Positions 27,225 to 36,746 are shown, numbered from the stretch's first letter. The stretch is 41,701 nt of DNA from Verrucomicrobiales bacterium (GCA_046075565.1 JBJTQJ010000091.1:1-41701); one strand, 5' to 3'. Numbers and translations are program-made. Notes: generated from the sequence alone by a model not told the origin.

Positions 27225-30142
27225 GGCGACACCTCCCTTCCGGCGAACGCGGCAGGCAGCGGGTTGGCGAGGGCCATTTCCCAGCCATCGGGGGCAAGAC
27301 TTGCCCATGGTTCGGGAGGAGGCTTGCCCGGTTGGATGGTCGGGGGCCCGAAAATCCCCGCCCGCAGACGGCGCACCACTTCGGCCGACCACTCCAGGGC
27401 GCTGGCCTCGAGAGAAGCATCATAACCATCCCAGATCGAAAAACCGGTTTCCGAGGCGGCGCGGGAGAGGAGGACATAGCCGGTCTCGATGGTATCACCG
27501 GGCTCAACCCCGGGACCATTTTCCCCGGACTGGCGGAGAAAGGCGGCGTAGAGCGGGAGTTGGACATTTTTCCAACGAAGCGGCGTTCTCCCTTTTCCAC
27601 GCGGCGGCAACAATTCCCCGAGGACCGACTTCCAGTCGGCGTGGTTCTCCAGATGCTCCTTTTCCACCGACTTCACGCTCCCGGTTTTATAGTCCAGCAC
27701 CCGCCACGTCCGGCTGGCGGGATGAAAGTCGACACGGTCGAGAACCATCGAAACCTGCGCGCCACCGACCGACCACTGGGGACCTTCTTTGCCTCCAACC
27801 CGCCACTCTACCTTCTGGATTTGCCATCCCTGAGATCGATGAGCGGCTTGGGTATAGGCGAAGGCCTTCAGTCGTTCGCGCGCCGAGGCAATCTGGACAT
27901 CTACTGGAAGTGACAAACCTTTTGAATGATTGATAGTCAACCATTCATCGAGTGACCTCATGAGAAACGCGTGAATGGTTTCGCCGTGATCACAATCCCG
28001 GATCTCCTCGTCTTGGCCGAACTTGCAGAGCAACTCATGGAGAACAGAACCGAATTTTCTCGGTTCCCACTGGCGGGGATTTGCCTCGACCTCGTCCATC
28101 CCGATGATATGCCGCAGGTAGTAGCGGAATGGACACTCTAAATAGTCACGAATACGGGTCGGACTGATGCAAAACTCCTTGCCGGCGCGCGTGACTGCGG
28201 ACGCAGCTAACGAAGATCCAAAGTCCAGATGCCATGCCCCGCGGCGGATGGGTGGTCTCGGGGTCCGCGATTCATCCAGTTCGCAGAAACAATGGGCAAC
28301 TCGCTCGGGCAGCTCGATCGGCAGGCACCGGAAAAGCAGCGAGGATGGTCGGCGCGGCTCGCCGCGTCCGTCGAACTTCGGGACAAGAACCGTGACCGAG
28401 CCGTTGACTTCCCGACAACCGAGAAGGCTGCGCCAGAGGAAGGTATCGCGGGTGGCACGGCTGGCTTGGTCGCGGAGCCCGAGGCTGCGGCGGACGGAAT
28501 CCGGGAGCAGGGCATGGTCCTGGGGCGCGTCCGGTACTTTTCCCTCGACCATGCCGGCGACAACGAGGTGAGCGCCGGGCTCGTAGGGCAACTCCAACCA
28601 ACCGAGCACATCGAGCACACGCCCGGGGTCGTCGTCGGCGCGGACGATTTCAGGCAGGGTGGCGCGCCACAAAGCGGTGAGGTCGGCAGGCGAAAGTTTT
28701 GGGAAAAGCTCCTCGATTTGCCCGAGGTCGTCGACCGCCTCGGCCAGCCGCTTGAGCGCCTGACCCCCGGCTCCGTCATCATACCCTTGCCCCTTCAAGC
28801 GGTCGAAAAATTCGCCCGTCAAAGCAGCCAAACCGGCCTTTTCTACCAAATATGCTATTTCAGCGATATTCGTAAGAATATTATGCAAATCACTTTCTTC
28901 CAATAATTCGTTCTGGTAGCGATATGGGATTCCTTCCATCTTCGGCCATCTTCTGGTGGCCTCGATGGCATCGTCGAGGGTTTCGGGCAGGAACTCGACG
29001 GCGAGCAAATCCAGGGTTGTGGCGAGGCGGAAGGGATCGACGCTGAGACCGGCGGCACGGAGCCAGTCCCAAGCGGCGGGCGAGCGGAGGAATCCGGCCA
29101 CGGCGGCAAAAGGCGCGGGGCGGGAGCCGAGCAGGTCGAGCCAGTAGGACAGAGCCGGCACGAGGCCGGTCGAACCAGCACTCCGCCCCCCCGGATTGTA
29201 GAGTGGCCACCCTGCGGCGGCGAAGGCACGTTCGAGGGCGGGCAGGAGCGAATCATCCGGGCAGGCGAGGGCGATTGCTTGCGCTTCGCGTCCGGCGCAA
29301 GCCCGCAGGGCGGCGCGGGCGACATCCTCGTCGTTATTGAGGACTTGGATGGAATCGTTTCCATTCGGCAGAGGCAGGGTGGCGGCCTTCCAGCCTTCGC
29401 GTTCGGGACGTCCCCACACGTCGAAGAGTCCTTCCATGTCGGCGGGAGCATGGACAAGCACTTGCACCGGCACACCGGATTTTTCCATCCAGCGGTCGAG
29501 AGCGACGCACGCGAGCCGGACAGGATCCGGGACACCGGCCAGCACGACCCGCGCGGTATCGGCCGGAAGAGCGGTGGCGTCGAGGGCCCGGCGACGTTTG
29601 ACCAACTCGGGTGTGACCAATCCGAGTGCCGCCAAGGATTTTTCCACCCGGCGGGCGAGACGACCGATGGTCTCCCATTTCCGGGCATCGAGACTGGCGG
29701 CCGGACAACGGATCGGCACCTCCTCCGGGCGGATATCCACCTCACCGAGGGCATTCAGGGTGGGCAAGATCAGGTCGGTCCATCCGCTGCTCCATGCCCG
29801 ATCGGGGACGAAGTCATCCTGGTCCATTGGTCGCAGCGCTTCGGTTTCCGAGGCCGGGGCCGAAAGCAAAACTTGATGCCACGCGGCGCGAATAACCGCT
29901 TGCGTAGCCATGGCGTCGGATTCCTGCGGACGGAACAAAGCATCGGGGGTCAGCATGCGCGGCGAGAAGACAGCTCCCCCGCCCTGCCGGGCCAAGGCCT
30001 GGCGCAATCGGCGCGCGCTGTGGCCGGTTGGCACGACGACGAGCGTTTCGGGGAGAATTTCCCGATCCCGCAGCAACCAATCGGCAACGGCGTTGACCAA
30101 AGGGGCATCCCATCCGAGAAAATGACGCGCGGGCAATAACAT
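27221..30142 (-). CDS. addB: AddB-like inactivated helicase with PD-(D/E)xK nuclease
   Basis: VVVPTGHSARRL N-terminus; SPTRIRDYLECPFRYYL; FGSVLHELL; LDRVD..VLDYKTG; QLPLY. ATGA overlap with addA. Start at ATG 30142. Confidence 0.85.
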   Translation of the reverse strand: MLLPARHFLGWDAPLVNAVADWLLRDREILPETLVVVPTGHSARRLRQALARQGGGAVFSPRMLTPDALFRPQESDAMATQAVIRAAWHQVLLSAPASETEALRPMDQDDFVPDRAWSSGWTDLILPTLNALGEVDIRPEEVPIRCPAASLDARKWETIGRLARRVEKSLAALGLVTPELVKRRRALDATALPADTARVVLAGVPDPVRLACVALDRWMEKSGVPVQVLVHAPADMEGLFDVWGRPEREGWKAATLPLPNGNDSIQVLNNDEDVARAALRACAGREAQAIALACPDDSLLPALERAFAAAGWPLYNPGGRSAGSTGLVPALSYWLDLLGSRPAPFAAVAGFLRSPAAWDWLRAAGLSVDPFRLATTLDLLAVEFLPETLDDAIEATRRWPKMEGIPYRYQNELLEESDLHNILTNIAEIAYLVEKAGLAALTGEFFDRLKGQGYDDGAGGQALKRLAEAVDDLGQIEELFPKLSPADLTALWRATLPEIVRADDDPGRVLDVLGWLELPYEPGAHLVVAGMVEGKVPDAPQDHALLPDSVRRSLGLRDQASRATRDTFLWRSLLGCREVNGSVTVLVPKFDGRGEPRRPSSLLFRCLPIELPERVAHCFCELDESRTPRPPIRRGAWHLDFGSSLAASAVTRAGKEFCISPTRIRDYLECPFRYYLRHIIGMDEVEANPRQWEPRKFGSVLHELLCKFGQDEEIRDCDHGETIHAFLMRSLDEWLTINHSKGLSLPVDVQIASARERLKAFAYTQAAHRSQGWQIQKVEWRVGGKEGPQWSVGGAQVSMVLDRVDFHPASRTWRVLDYKTGSVKSVEKEHLENHADWKSVLGELLPPRGKGRTPLRWKNVQLPLYAAFLRQSGENGPGVEPGDTIETGYVLLSRAASETGFSIWDGYDASLEASALEWSAEVVRRLRAGIFGPPTIQPGKPPPEPWASLAPDGWEMALANPLPAAFAGREVSP

Positions 30143-30330
30143 GAGAGCAGAATGCACGGGCGGCGCGGATTGTCCATCACGGATTCAACCGATTCCGAGA
30201 ATCATTTTTGGGGTGGTCCGCGGCAAAAATTCACCACAAATGGCCTCGGAAGTTTTTTTCGCATTGCAGTCGGCCATGGTTTTTTATATGCGTTGATAGA
30301 ATCCTCGCCAAATTTTCCAAAATTTCCGTC

Positions 30331-31323
30331 ATGAGCCTCCGCGACCAACTCCGGGATATTCTGCCCAAGATCCTTCCCAACGACCCGAACGACTCGATCA
30401 AAGGCACTGAATTGATCCGGCTGGTGAAATACCAACTTCGCCAGGACTATTCCGACGCGACGTTGCGGTATCATTTCTCGATCATGTCGTGCGACCCGAG
30501 CGCGCCCATCGCGAAAGTCGCCCAAGGCCAAGGGTATTATTTGCGGCCGGATTCCCGAGGCAATCCCGGTGGGGTGCGCCATCTGATCGCGTTCCGCCAG
30601 CCGACCCTCGGGGAGCACCTGCGGAAATCGCCCTCGGAGATCAACCGCGACCTCCTCCATGCGGAAAAGTTCCGCGCCATCGTTCAGCGTTACTACGAGA
30701 GCAATCATCGTTTTCCCTTCTTTTTCGAACACGCCTTCGCGCCCGGCAGTCCTTCCGAGAATGTCTGGCGTTATCCGGATGCCGCGGTGGTCGACTGGCC
30801 GGCCGGCGAGGCGACGGAAGAAGGATTCCGTCTCGACCCACTTTTGTTAAAACGGCGGCGCACGCTCAATGCTCCGCTCTATTCGCTCACCTCGCTCAAG
30901 CTCCGGCTCAGTATCACCCACGAGTCCTACCGCGAAGAATTTTTCCAATGCCTCAGCCAGAGCGAGTGGGCGCATTCCTGCGAGTTCCTCATTGCCAATC
31001 CCATCGCCGACGCCTCGCTGGCCGACGCGCTCGCGGAGCTCGGCCAACGGCATGGGATCGGTATTCTCTCGACCGGTTTCACGAGCGAGGTGTTGGATGA
31101 TTTGCCTGAAGCCGCAGCCATTCTGGAAATGACGTCCGCGGAATTCGACGCCGTGCTGGCACGGGCGAAATTCAGCCGACTGAGCGCACCGGAAACAAGG
31201 AAGTCGCTCGATTGGCCAACGCTTGCAGCAAGCGAACGTGACAGCGAGGACTTGCAAGCACTCTTCGGATGGATTGAAAACGGCCTTGAGTCGGGTCGTC
31301 CACGTCCCTTCCTTGAAAGTTGA
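30331..31323 (+). CDS. HrgA/COG2958-like protein (winged-HTH plus degenerate restriction-endonuclease fold)
   Basis: N-terminal wHTH-like domain ending GQGYYLR; NVWRYPDAAVV; SLKLR; YREEFFQCLSQSEWAH, matching the HrgA pattern W.HPD..SFELK..RE.FFQAVSNSSWAN. Start at ATG 30331. Confidence 0.65.
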   Translation: MSLRDQLRDILPKILPNDPNDSIKGTELIRLVKYQLRQDYSDATLRYHFSIMSCDPSAPIAKVAQGQGYYLRPDSRGNPGGVRHLIAFRQPTLGEHLRKSPSEINRDLLHAEKFRAIVQRYYESNHRFPFFFEHAFAPGSPSENVWRYPDAAVVDWPAGEATEEGFRLDPLLLKRRRTLNAPLYSLTSLKLRLSITHESYREEFFQCLSQSEWAHSCEFLIANPIADASLADALAELGQRHGIGILSTGFTSEVLDDLPEAAAILEMTSAEFDAVLARAKFSRLSAPETRKSLDWPTLAASERDSEDLQALFGWIENGLESGRPRPFLES

Positions 31324-31377
31324 TTTTACGCATACAATCCGCCCCAGACCACCGGGCACCTAACATCCTCCTCGATC

Positions 31378-31845
31378 ATGAGCACCAGCCCCATCCAGTC
31401 GCACATCGAACCCGCCACCATCGAGGATTTGCCGCAGCTCATCGAACTTCTCCGCGACCTCTTTGAAGCGGAAGCCGACTTCGTGCCCGACCGCGCCGCC
31501 CAAGAACGCGGACTGCGCCTCATTCTTGAAAACCCGAGCCGGGGTCGGATTTTTGTTTTGCGCGCCGGGCACCGTATCCTTGGCATGGTGAATCTTCTTT
31601 TTACGATCTCCACGGCCCACGGCGGTCATGCCATCCAGATGGAAGATGTGATCATTCTCCCTGAATACCGCGGCCAAGGGAATGGCAGCAAGATTTTGAG
31701 TCATGTCATTGACTTCGCGCGCCGCAAGGACTTCGTGCGTATCACACTGCTCACCGATCGCATCAGCGTCGAATCACAAAAGTTCTTCGCCAAGTTCGGA
31801 TTCACCCATTCCGAAATGATCCCGATGCGCCTCATCCTGCGCTAA
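31378..31845 (+). CDS. GNAT family N-acetyltransferase
   Basis: IEPATIEDLP, EDVIILPEYRGQGNGSKIL (acetyl-CoA motif), SQKFFAKFGF. Confidence 0.9.
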   Translation: MSTSPIQSHIEPATIEDLPQLIELLRDLFEAEADFVPDRAAQERGLRLILENPSRGRIFVLRAGHRILGMVNLLFTISTAHGGHAIQMEDVIILPEYRGQGNGSKILSHVIDFARRKDFVRITLLTDRISVESQKFFAKFGFTHSEMIPMRLILR

Positions 31846-31869
31846 CCAACACCGCGTCACAACTTCCCA

Positions 31870-32226
31870 ATGTCGGCCTTCCTCCCCATGCTCGCGCAGC
31901 ACGGGCATTCGCTCCAAGCCGGGGAAGATCTGGCACCTGCCGCCCAAGGAGCAGCACTTTTCATGACAGGTATCGTGGGAGTGATGCTGCTCTCCATTGC
32001 TGTGGGCGTCTTCGTGTTAGTCCGCCGAGCGCGGCGAGGCGAATCGCCAGAGCAGGCCTTGCTGCGTGAACTGCGCGCAGAGCCCAAAAAGAGGCCAGAG
32101 GAGGAAGGGAAAGATTTGGATAAGCCAACTGCCGAGAATAAGAAACCGCCAAATGGTTGGGAAAAAGATCCCGATTGGTGGAAAGACGGTTCGGCCTCTG
32201 ACAAGTCGAAACCCGAGAAGTCCTGA
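31870..32226 (+). CDS. Small single-TM hypothetical protein
   Basis: Hydrophobic helix ALFMTGIVGVMLLSIAVGVFVLV followed by RRARR and a charged tail with GWEKDPDWWK. Confidence 0.65.
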   Translation: MSAFLPMLAQHGHSLQAGEDLAPAAQGAALFMTGIVGVMLLSIAVGVFVLVRRARRGESPEQALLRELRAEPKKRPEEEGKDLDKPTAENKKPPNGWEKDPDWWKDGSASDKSKPEKS

Positions 32227-32367
32227 GGAGTATCGCAAATCAAGCCAAAAACGAACAAACGTTGTTGGATTGAGAAAAATTCAATCTTTTCGGGTTTCCG
32301 CCGTTGGATGTTCAACAGAGGACTCCCGACGCGTCCGAACTTTTTTCCTTATTCCGAAAGATTTTTC

Positions 32368-32396
32368 TGGCAAAACGCACGTTCGGTATTTACGAT
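32368..32396 (+). promoter_or_regulatory. Putative sigma70-type promoter of cassette 1
   Basis: TGGCAA-17 nt-TACGAT in an AT-rich intergenic region, 87 nt upstream of ATG 32484. Confidence 0.45.
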
Positions 32397-32418
32397 GTAT
32401 ATAAGTTAGGTCGACTTA

Positions 32419-32451
32419 CCTCCAGAAGCCCTACAGAAGCCCTCCAGACCC
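32419..32451 (+). repeat. 11-bp tandem repeat x3 in the 5' leader of cassette 1
   Basis: CCTCCAGAAGC CCTACAGAAGC CCTCCAGACCC. Confidence 0.6.
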
Positions 32452-32483
32452 GACGCAGCCCCCGAACCCAATCACCCTCTCCG

Positions 32484-35400
32484 ATGCGTAACCCAATCCG
32501 TAGATCACGCCTCTTTCGTTTCTCCAAGCAGAAGCATGGCTTTGCCCTCATTGCCACCCTGAGCGTCACCGCTCTCATCACCCTTCTGGTGCTTGCTCTT
32601 TTGTCGCTTTCGACCCAAGCGCGGCGCACGAACTCGCAATGGAGAAACGCGACCATGGCTCAGGCGAATGCCCGGCTTTCCTTGATGCTGGCGATGGCCG
32701 AACTGCAAAAACAAATGGGGCCGGACACCCGGATCTCTGCGCCTGCGGACGCCGGCACGCTGTCAACTGGCGGACAACCGCGCTGGACAGCGATTTATGA
32801 CGCGTGGAGACGCCCGGCCACTACGGGCACAGCGGAAAACCCGGCCACCAGAAATCCCGTGTTCCGGGGCTGGTTGGCGTCCGGTGCCAATTCCTCCAGG
32901 GGCGGTCCCCCGGGAAATGGCAGCCAAACTTTGCTCGTGAGTTCCTCCAGTGTGGGCGCGGGCGCCCGTCCGGAAGATGAGGTCCGGGTGCCGGCTCTGG
33001 CCTACACCGCGGGAAGGGAGCGCGGGCAGCTTGCCTGGTGGACTTCCGACGAATCCATCAAGGCGAAAATCAACGCGGGTGCCGCCGCCGACAGTTCCAC
33101 ATCGCCAACAAGCCCAATCTCGAGGGCGCAATCACCTCCCTATACCGGAACCAAGGCGATTCCGGCGTTGAGCGCATTTGAGTGGCGCACGAACCAACGT
33201 GGCATGTCCGTTACCACGGGGGAAGTCAATCTGGCGGCAGGTCTCGGCAGTGCGGGCCTTGGCAGGGTCAGCCATAATATCACCTTGTATTCGGCGGGAG
33301 TGCTCAGCGATGTGCGCGGTGGCCACCTCAAGCGGGATCTTTCCAATCTTTTGTCCCGTCCGATTGCGGAGTTGGTAAACAAGCCACTCTACCTGCAGGA
33401 TGGTCGCATCAACTATTTCCAGATCAACTCCACCACAGGTGTGGTGACCAACAACACCTGGGTTCCAAACTTCAACCTCAGCCAAGCTCCACCACCCTGG
33501 GGCATCAACCTCGAAGAGCTTCATCTGTTCCACGAAATCCACCGCGAGGTGGACTGGAGCGGCAACAAACCACGTCTGGTGAATAAGGGCAACCCATCGG
33601 ACGTGCTCAACGATCGATTCTTCATTTACCGGAAACCGATTCTGGAGTCGGTAAGCCAGGTTCTTTCCTTCGTCGCCACGCCCGAAGCGGGAACCAATCC
33701 GGTCACCTACAAACTCGAGGGCATGCTAAACCCCATTGTCGTCCTTTCGAACCCGAACGACATCCAAGTCGTCTGGCAAAGCGGACTGCCGTTCCGCGTG
33801 GAGACCGAGGGCTTCCCCTACCGGCCCAAATGGAACATCGCGAGGCCTGGCCGAACACCTGCACTTGCAACCCTTACCCACACGGTGGATGAGATCAACA
33901 GCGCTTTCTTCCGCTCCGTGATCAACGGCGGCTTCACCCTTGAAGCAGGAGAGGCGGCCGTATTTGGCGCCTCCAGCAGTGATACACAAGCCAAACAGGT
34001 CAACCTGACGCGCGGTTTCAGGCTGGGCAGGGGGGTTCTTATCGACGACGGGGACTGGGACTCGGACAACAACGTCGGTCCCTATGACGGCCTCCGTGCA
34101 ACCCGCCTCCGGCTGACGGACAAATTGGATCTGACGATGGTGCAAAATGATGAAGGCCTCGGGGCAACACCCAGTGGATGGATCCAAAACCATGTGAAAA
34201 TCGATTCGACTGCCGTGGGATTCCATCGCTACGGGGGCGGAGGAGGCAGCCGGTTTAGCGACGGCCCCGGCAGCCTCTATATGCCCGCATCGATCCGGCC
34301 ATCGCAGACCCCGGAGATCCGGAATTTCACCGATCTCAATAACCCAAAACCCGTGCTCATGGTGACAAGCATGACCAATGTGGAGCGCAGCCGTACCGCT
34401 CTTTTGCCTCCGAACGCTCTCCCCTCGCGTCCTTACATCCTCCAAGAGCCAGGGAGTTCGAGACTGACAGCTATTTCGAATAACGCAGTAACCAACTTGC
34501 TACCGACGATGCAGAACGCACAGCTCGTCACCATCGCGGAGCCGATGGACTTCACGCCCGGAAATGACCGCACCATGCCAGCCGGAGCCGGTGGGTTGAA
34601 CATTTATCACGGTGGAGCGAGGGAAGTGGCCTTGGGCGGCAACCTCAACGTAATCAAGCGCCGCATTCCACTGTCAGCGCCCCTTTCCTTGGGCGCATTC
34701 GAGAACGCCATCGCATCTGGTTTCCACTCACCTTTCCGATCCCAGAATACCAGAACTGGGGCATACAATGTGGTTAGCCCGATGCTTCACGGCACTCCCG
34801 AGGTTCTGCCAACTTCGCCGGCCAAGAGAACACTGGGAACCGGACCGGAACCGGACGCGAGCAAAGTGACGATGTCGAGATCCATCGGCAACTCATGGAC
34901 CAATCCGTTCCTCAGTTCCGACCGCATCCAAGATGGCACCTACCACGACCAATCCTGGCTGGCCAACACCGCGCTCTGGGACAGCTGGTTCCTCTCCGGT
35001 ATCGTGCGACCGGGACCTTCCGGTGCCTGGAACAGCGACAGCCGCAGCCAGAGGCAACAGTTCCGCGAACTCGCCGAACGCACCGCCACCTTGCGCAACG
35101 CCCGCATCGTCTTCCATCCCCAGAAGTCGCTCGACCAAGCCCTAAACGAACTTTTCAATGGCGACAACCTCAAACCGGAAGCGATCGATCGGCTCACCAA
35201 ATACCTGCTGGTCGATGGGGCATTCAATGTGAATTCCACCTCCGAGGCGGCATGGAAAGCTTTCCTTACCAGCGTGAGGGATCATGAACTGATCGACGCC
35301 AACGGCTCCATCTCGAAAAAGACCCATCCTTTCGGAACACTCGGATATGCCGTGAACGCCGCGACTTCCGGCAACGAAGGCGATTGGGCCGGATTCCGTG

Positions 35401-35960
35401 ATCTTTCTGATACCGAATTGGACGCGCTTGCCAAGGCCATTGTCGTCGAGGTGAAAGCACGCGGCCCCTTCCTGAGTATGGCCGACTTCGTGAACCGCCG
35501 CCCCAATAGCACCGATCCCGTGCAGCGCGCCCTCGGTGCCTTGCAGGTCGCAATCGACAAGTCGGGCCTCAACAACCGGTTTAATTCGCCGGGCAGGTCG
35601 CTGGCCCCCGCGGACGTCCCGATGTTTGCCGGAAGAGACACGCTGAGCAGCGAACCGGTACCGGCCCGGGCCGTCGGCGCCGCCGGATATTTGAGCCAGG
35701 GTGCCCTGCTGACCGCGTTCGGCTCCCAAGTCACGGTGCGCGGCGACACCTTCGTCATCCGCACCTACGGAGATACCCGCGACCCGTCGGACAGAATCCA
35801 GGCCAGGGCATGGTGCGAGGCGGTCGTGCAACGTCTGCCCGATTTTGTCGATTCCACCAATCCTGCGGAAGCATCCGCCGGTCTCTCGGCCGCCAATAAT
35901 ACATTCGGCAGGAAGTTCAGCATCGTGTCATTCCGCTGGTTAAGCCCGGATGAAATCTGA
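32484..35960 (+). CDS. Giant PilX/GspK-type prepilin-like protein (Verru_Chthon cassette protein A-like), copy 1
   Basis: Basic leader, then class III cleavage site KHG|FALIATLSVTALITLLVLALLSLS with no Glu+5. AQANARLSLMLA..ELQ; FNVNSTSEAAWKAFL; RGPFLSMADFVNR; RGDTFVIRTYG; AWCEAVVQR; FRWLSPDEI. Start at ATG 32484. Confidence 0.8.
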   Translation: MRNPIRRSRLFRFSKQKHGFALIATLSVTALITLLVLALLSLSTQARRTNSQWRNATMAQANARLSLMLAMAELQKQMGPDTRISAPADAGTLSTGGQPRWTAIYDAWRRPATTGTAENPATRNPVFRGWLASGANSSRGGPPGNGSQTLLVSSSSVGAGARPEDEVRVPALAYTAGRERGQLAWWTSDESIKAKINAGAAADSSTSPTSPISRAQSPPYTGTKAIPALSAFEWRTNQRGMSVTTGEVNLAAGLGSAGLGRVSHNITLYSAGVLSDVRGGHLKRDLSNLLSRPIAELVNKPLYLQDGRINYFQINSTTGVVTNNTWVPNFNLSQAPPPWGINLEELHLFHEIHREVDWSGNKPRLVNKGNPSDVLNDRFFIYRKPILESVSQVLSFVATPEAGTNPVTYKLEGMLNPIVVLSNPNDIQVVWQSGLPFRVETEGFPYRPKWNIARPGRTPALATLTHTVDEINSAFFRSVINGGFTLEAGEAAVFGASSSDTQAKQVNLTRGFRLGRGVLIDDGDWDSDNNVGPYDGLRATRLRLTDKLDLTMVQNDEGLGATPSGWIQNHVKIDSTAVGFHRYGGGGGSRFSDGPGSLYMPASIRPSQTPEIRNFTDLNNPKPVLMVTSMTNVERSRTALLPPNALPSRPYILQEPGSSRLTAISNNAVTNLLPTMQNAQLVTIAEPMDFTPGNDRTMPAGAGGLNIYHGGAREVALGGNLNVIKRRIPLSAPLSLGAFENAIASGFHSPFRSQNTRTGAYNVVSPMLHGTPEVLPTSPAKRTLGTGPEPDASKVTMSRSIGNSWTNPFLSSDRIQDGTYHDQSWLANTALWDSWFLSGIVRPGPSGAWNSDSRSQRQQFRELAERTATLRNARIVFHPQKSLDQALNELFNGDNLKPEAIDRLTKYLLVDGAFNVNSTSEAAWKAFLTSVRDHELIDANGSISKKTHPFGTLGYAVNAATSGNEGDWAGFRDLSDTELDALAKAIVVEVKARGPFLSMADFVNRRPNSTDPVQRALGALQVAIDKSGLNNRFNSPGRSLAPADVPMFAGRDTLSSEPVPARAVGAAGYLSQGALLTAFGSQVTVRGDTFVIRTYGDTRDPSDRIQARAWCEAVVQRLPDFVDSTNPAEASAGLSAANNTFGRKFSIVSFRWLSPDEI

Positions 35961-35995
35961 ACGAACCGGGAATCGTTTCATCGCTTTAGAAGACC

Positions 35996-36712
35996 ATGTT
36001 CCTCCGTTACACCACATCGATTGCCGTTGCCATTCTTTCGTTGCTTTTCCTGCCGGCAAGGAGCCAGGCCCAGGAGCAACCAACTCCGGAGAAAAAGGAA
36101 CAAGGGGCGATGATTCGCATCCTTTGTGTTCAGAGCCTCAGCGGTGACAAGGACGAAACGATCACCCTCGCGCAAAAAGCCGAGGACGGTAAATGGACGG
36201 AATTCGGCGACCTCGAATTGCGCTCACCCTTCATCACCAATTGGCTCAGGGTGCCCGCTGGAGTGAATCATGTGGTCAGGAAGCAGGGCGGAGAGTTCGT
36301 CTCTCTCGCGTCTTTCACGGTCCTTCCCGAGATGAAAGGCGCCATCCTGATCCTGATTCCGAACATGAAGGAGAGGAAATACCGTTTGCAGTTGATTGAT
36401 CCCGCGAAACTTGAATTCCAGAAAGGCAAGGCCCTCGTCGTGAATTACTCGAAAATCCCCGCCCTAGTGAACATGGGCAATAAAACGACGACCGTGGCAC
36501 CCGGACAACAGTATGTCGAGACCATCAAGGCTGACAAGGACGGCATGCACCGCATGGTCATCGGTCACCTCGATAAAGACAAGAAGATCATTCCCTGCTA
36601 CGACCGGTTCGTTTCTTCCGATCCCGAAACCCGGAAATTTGTCCTCCTGTTCCCCGATCCCGATACTGGATTGCGAGCGATGACCCTTTCCGAATTCGAC
36701 ACCAATCAGTGA
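35996..36712 (+). CDS. Secreted hypothetical companion protein of cassette 1 (paralog a)
   Basis: Sec signal ending RSQA-Q; beta-rich; shares RxxC, ELRxPxxxNWL, DPxKLxF, CYDR, PDP..LR..LSE with the next gene. Confidence 0.85.
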   Translation: MFLRYTTSIAVAILSLLFLPARSQAQEQPTPEKKEQGAMIRILCVQSLSGDKDETITLAQKAEDGKWTEFGDLELRSPFITNWLRVPAGVNHVVRKQGGEFVSLASFTVLPEMKGAILILIPNMKERKYRLQLIDPAKLEFQKGKALVVNYSKIPALVNMGNKTTTVAPGQQYVETIKADKDGMHRMVIGHLDKDKKIIPCYDRFVSSDPETRKFVLLFPDPDTGLRAMTLSEFDTNQ

Positions 36713-36746
36713 AGTTCCCGTCTCCCTGACCACAATTGATAGCGCC

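Noticed and set aside
23461-30142. Anti-phage defence system (helicase + nuclease + deaminase)
   Set aside because: The proteins match housekeeping AddAB and GuaD-type deaminase motifs, with overall host-like GC and no defence-island context.
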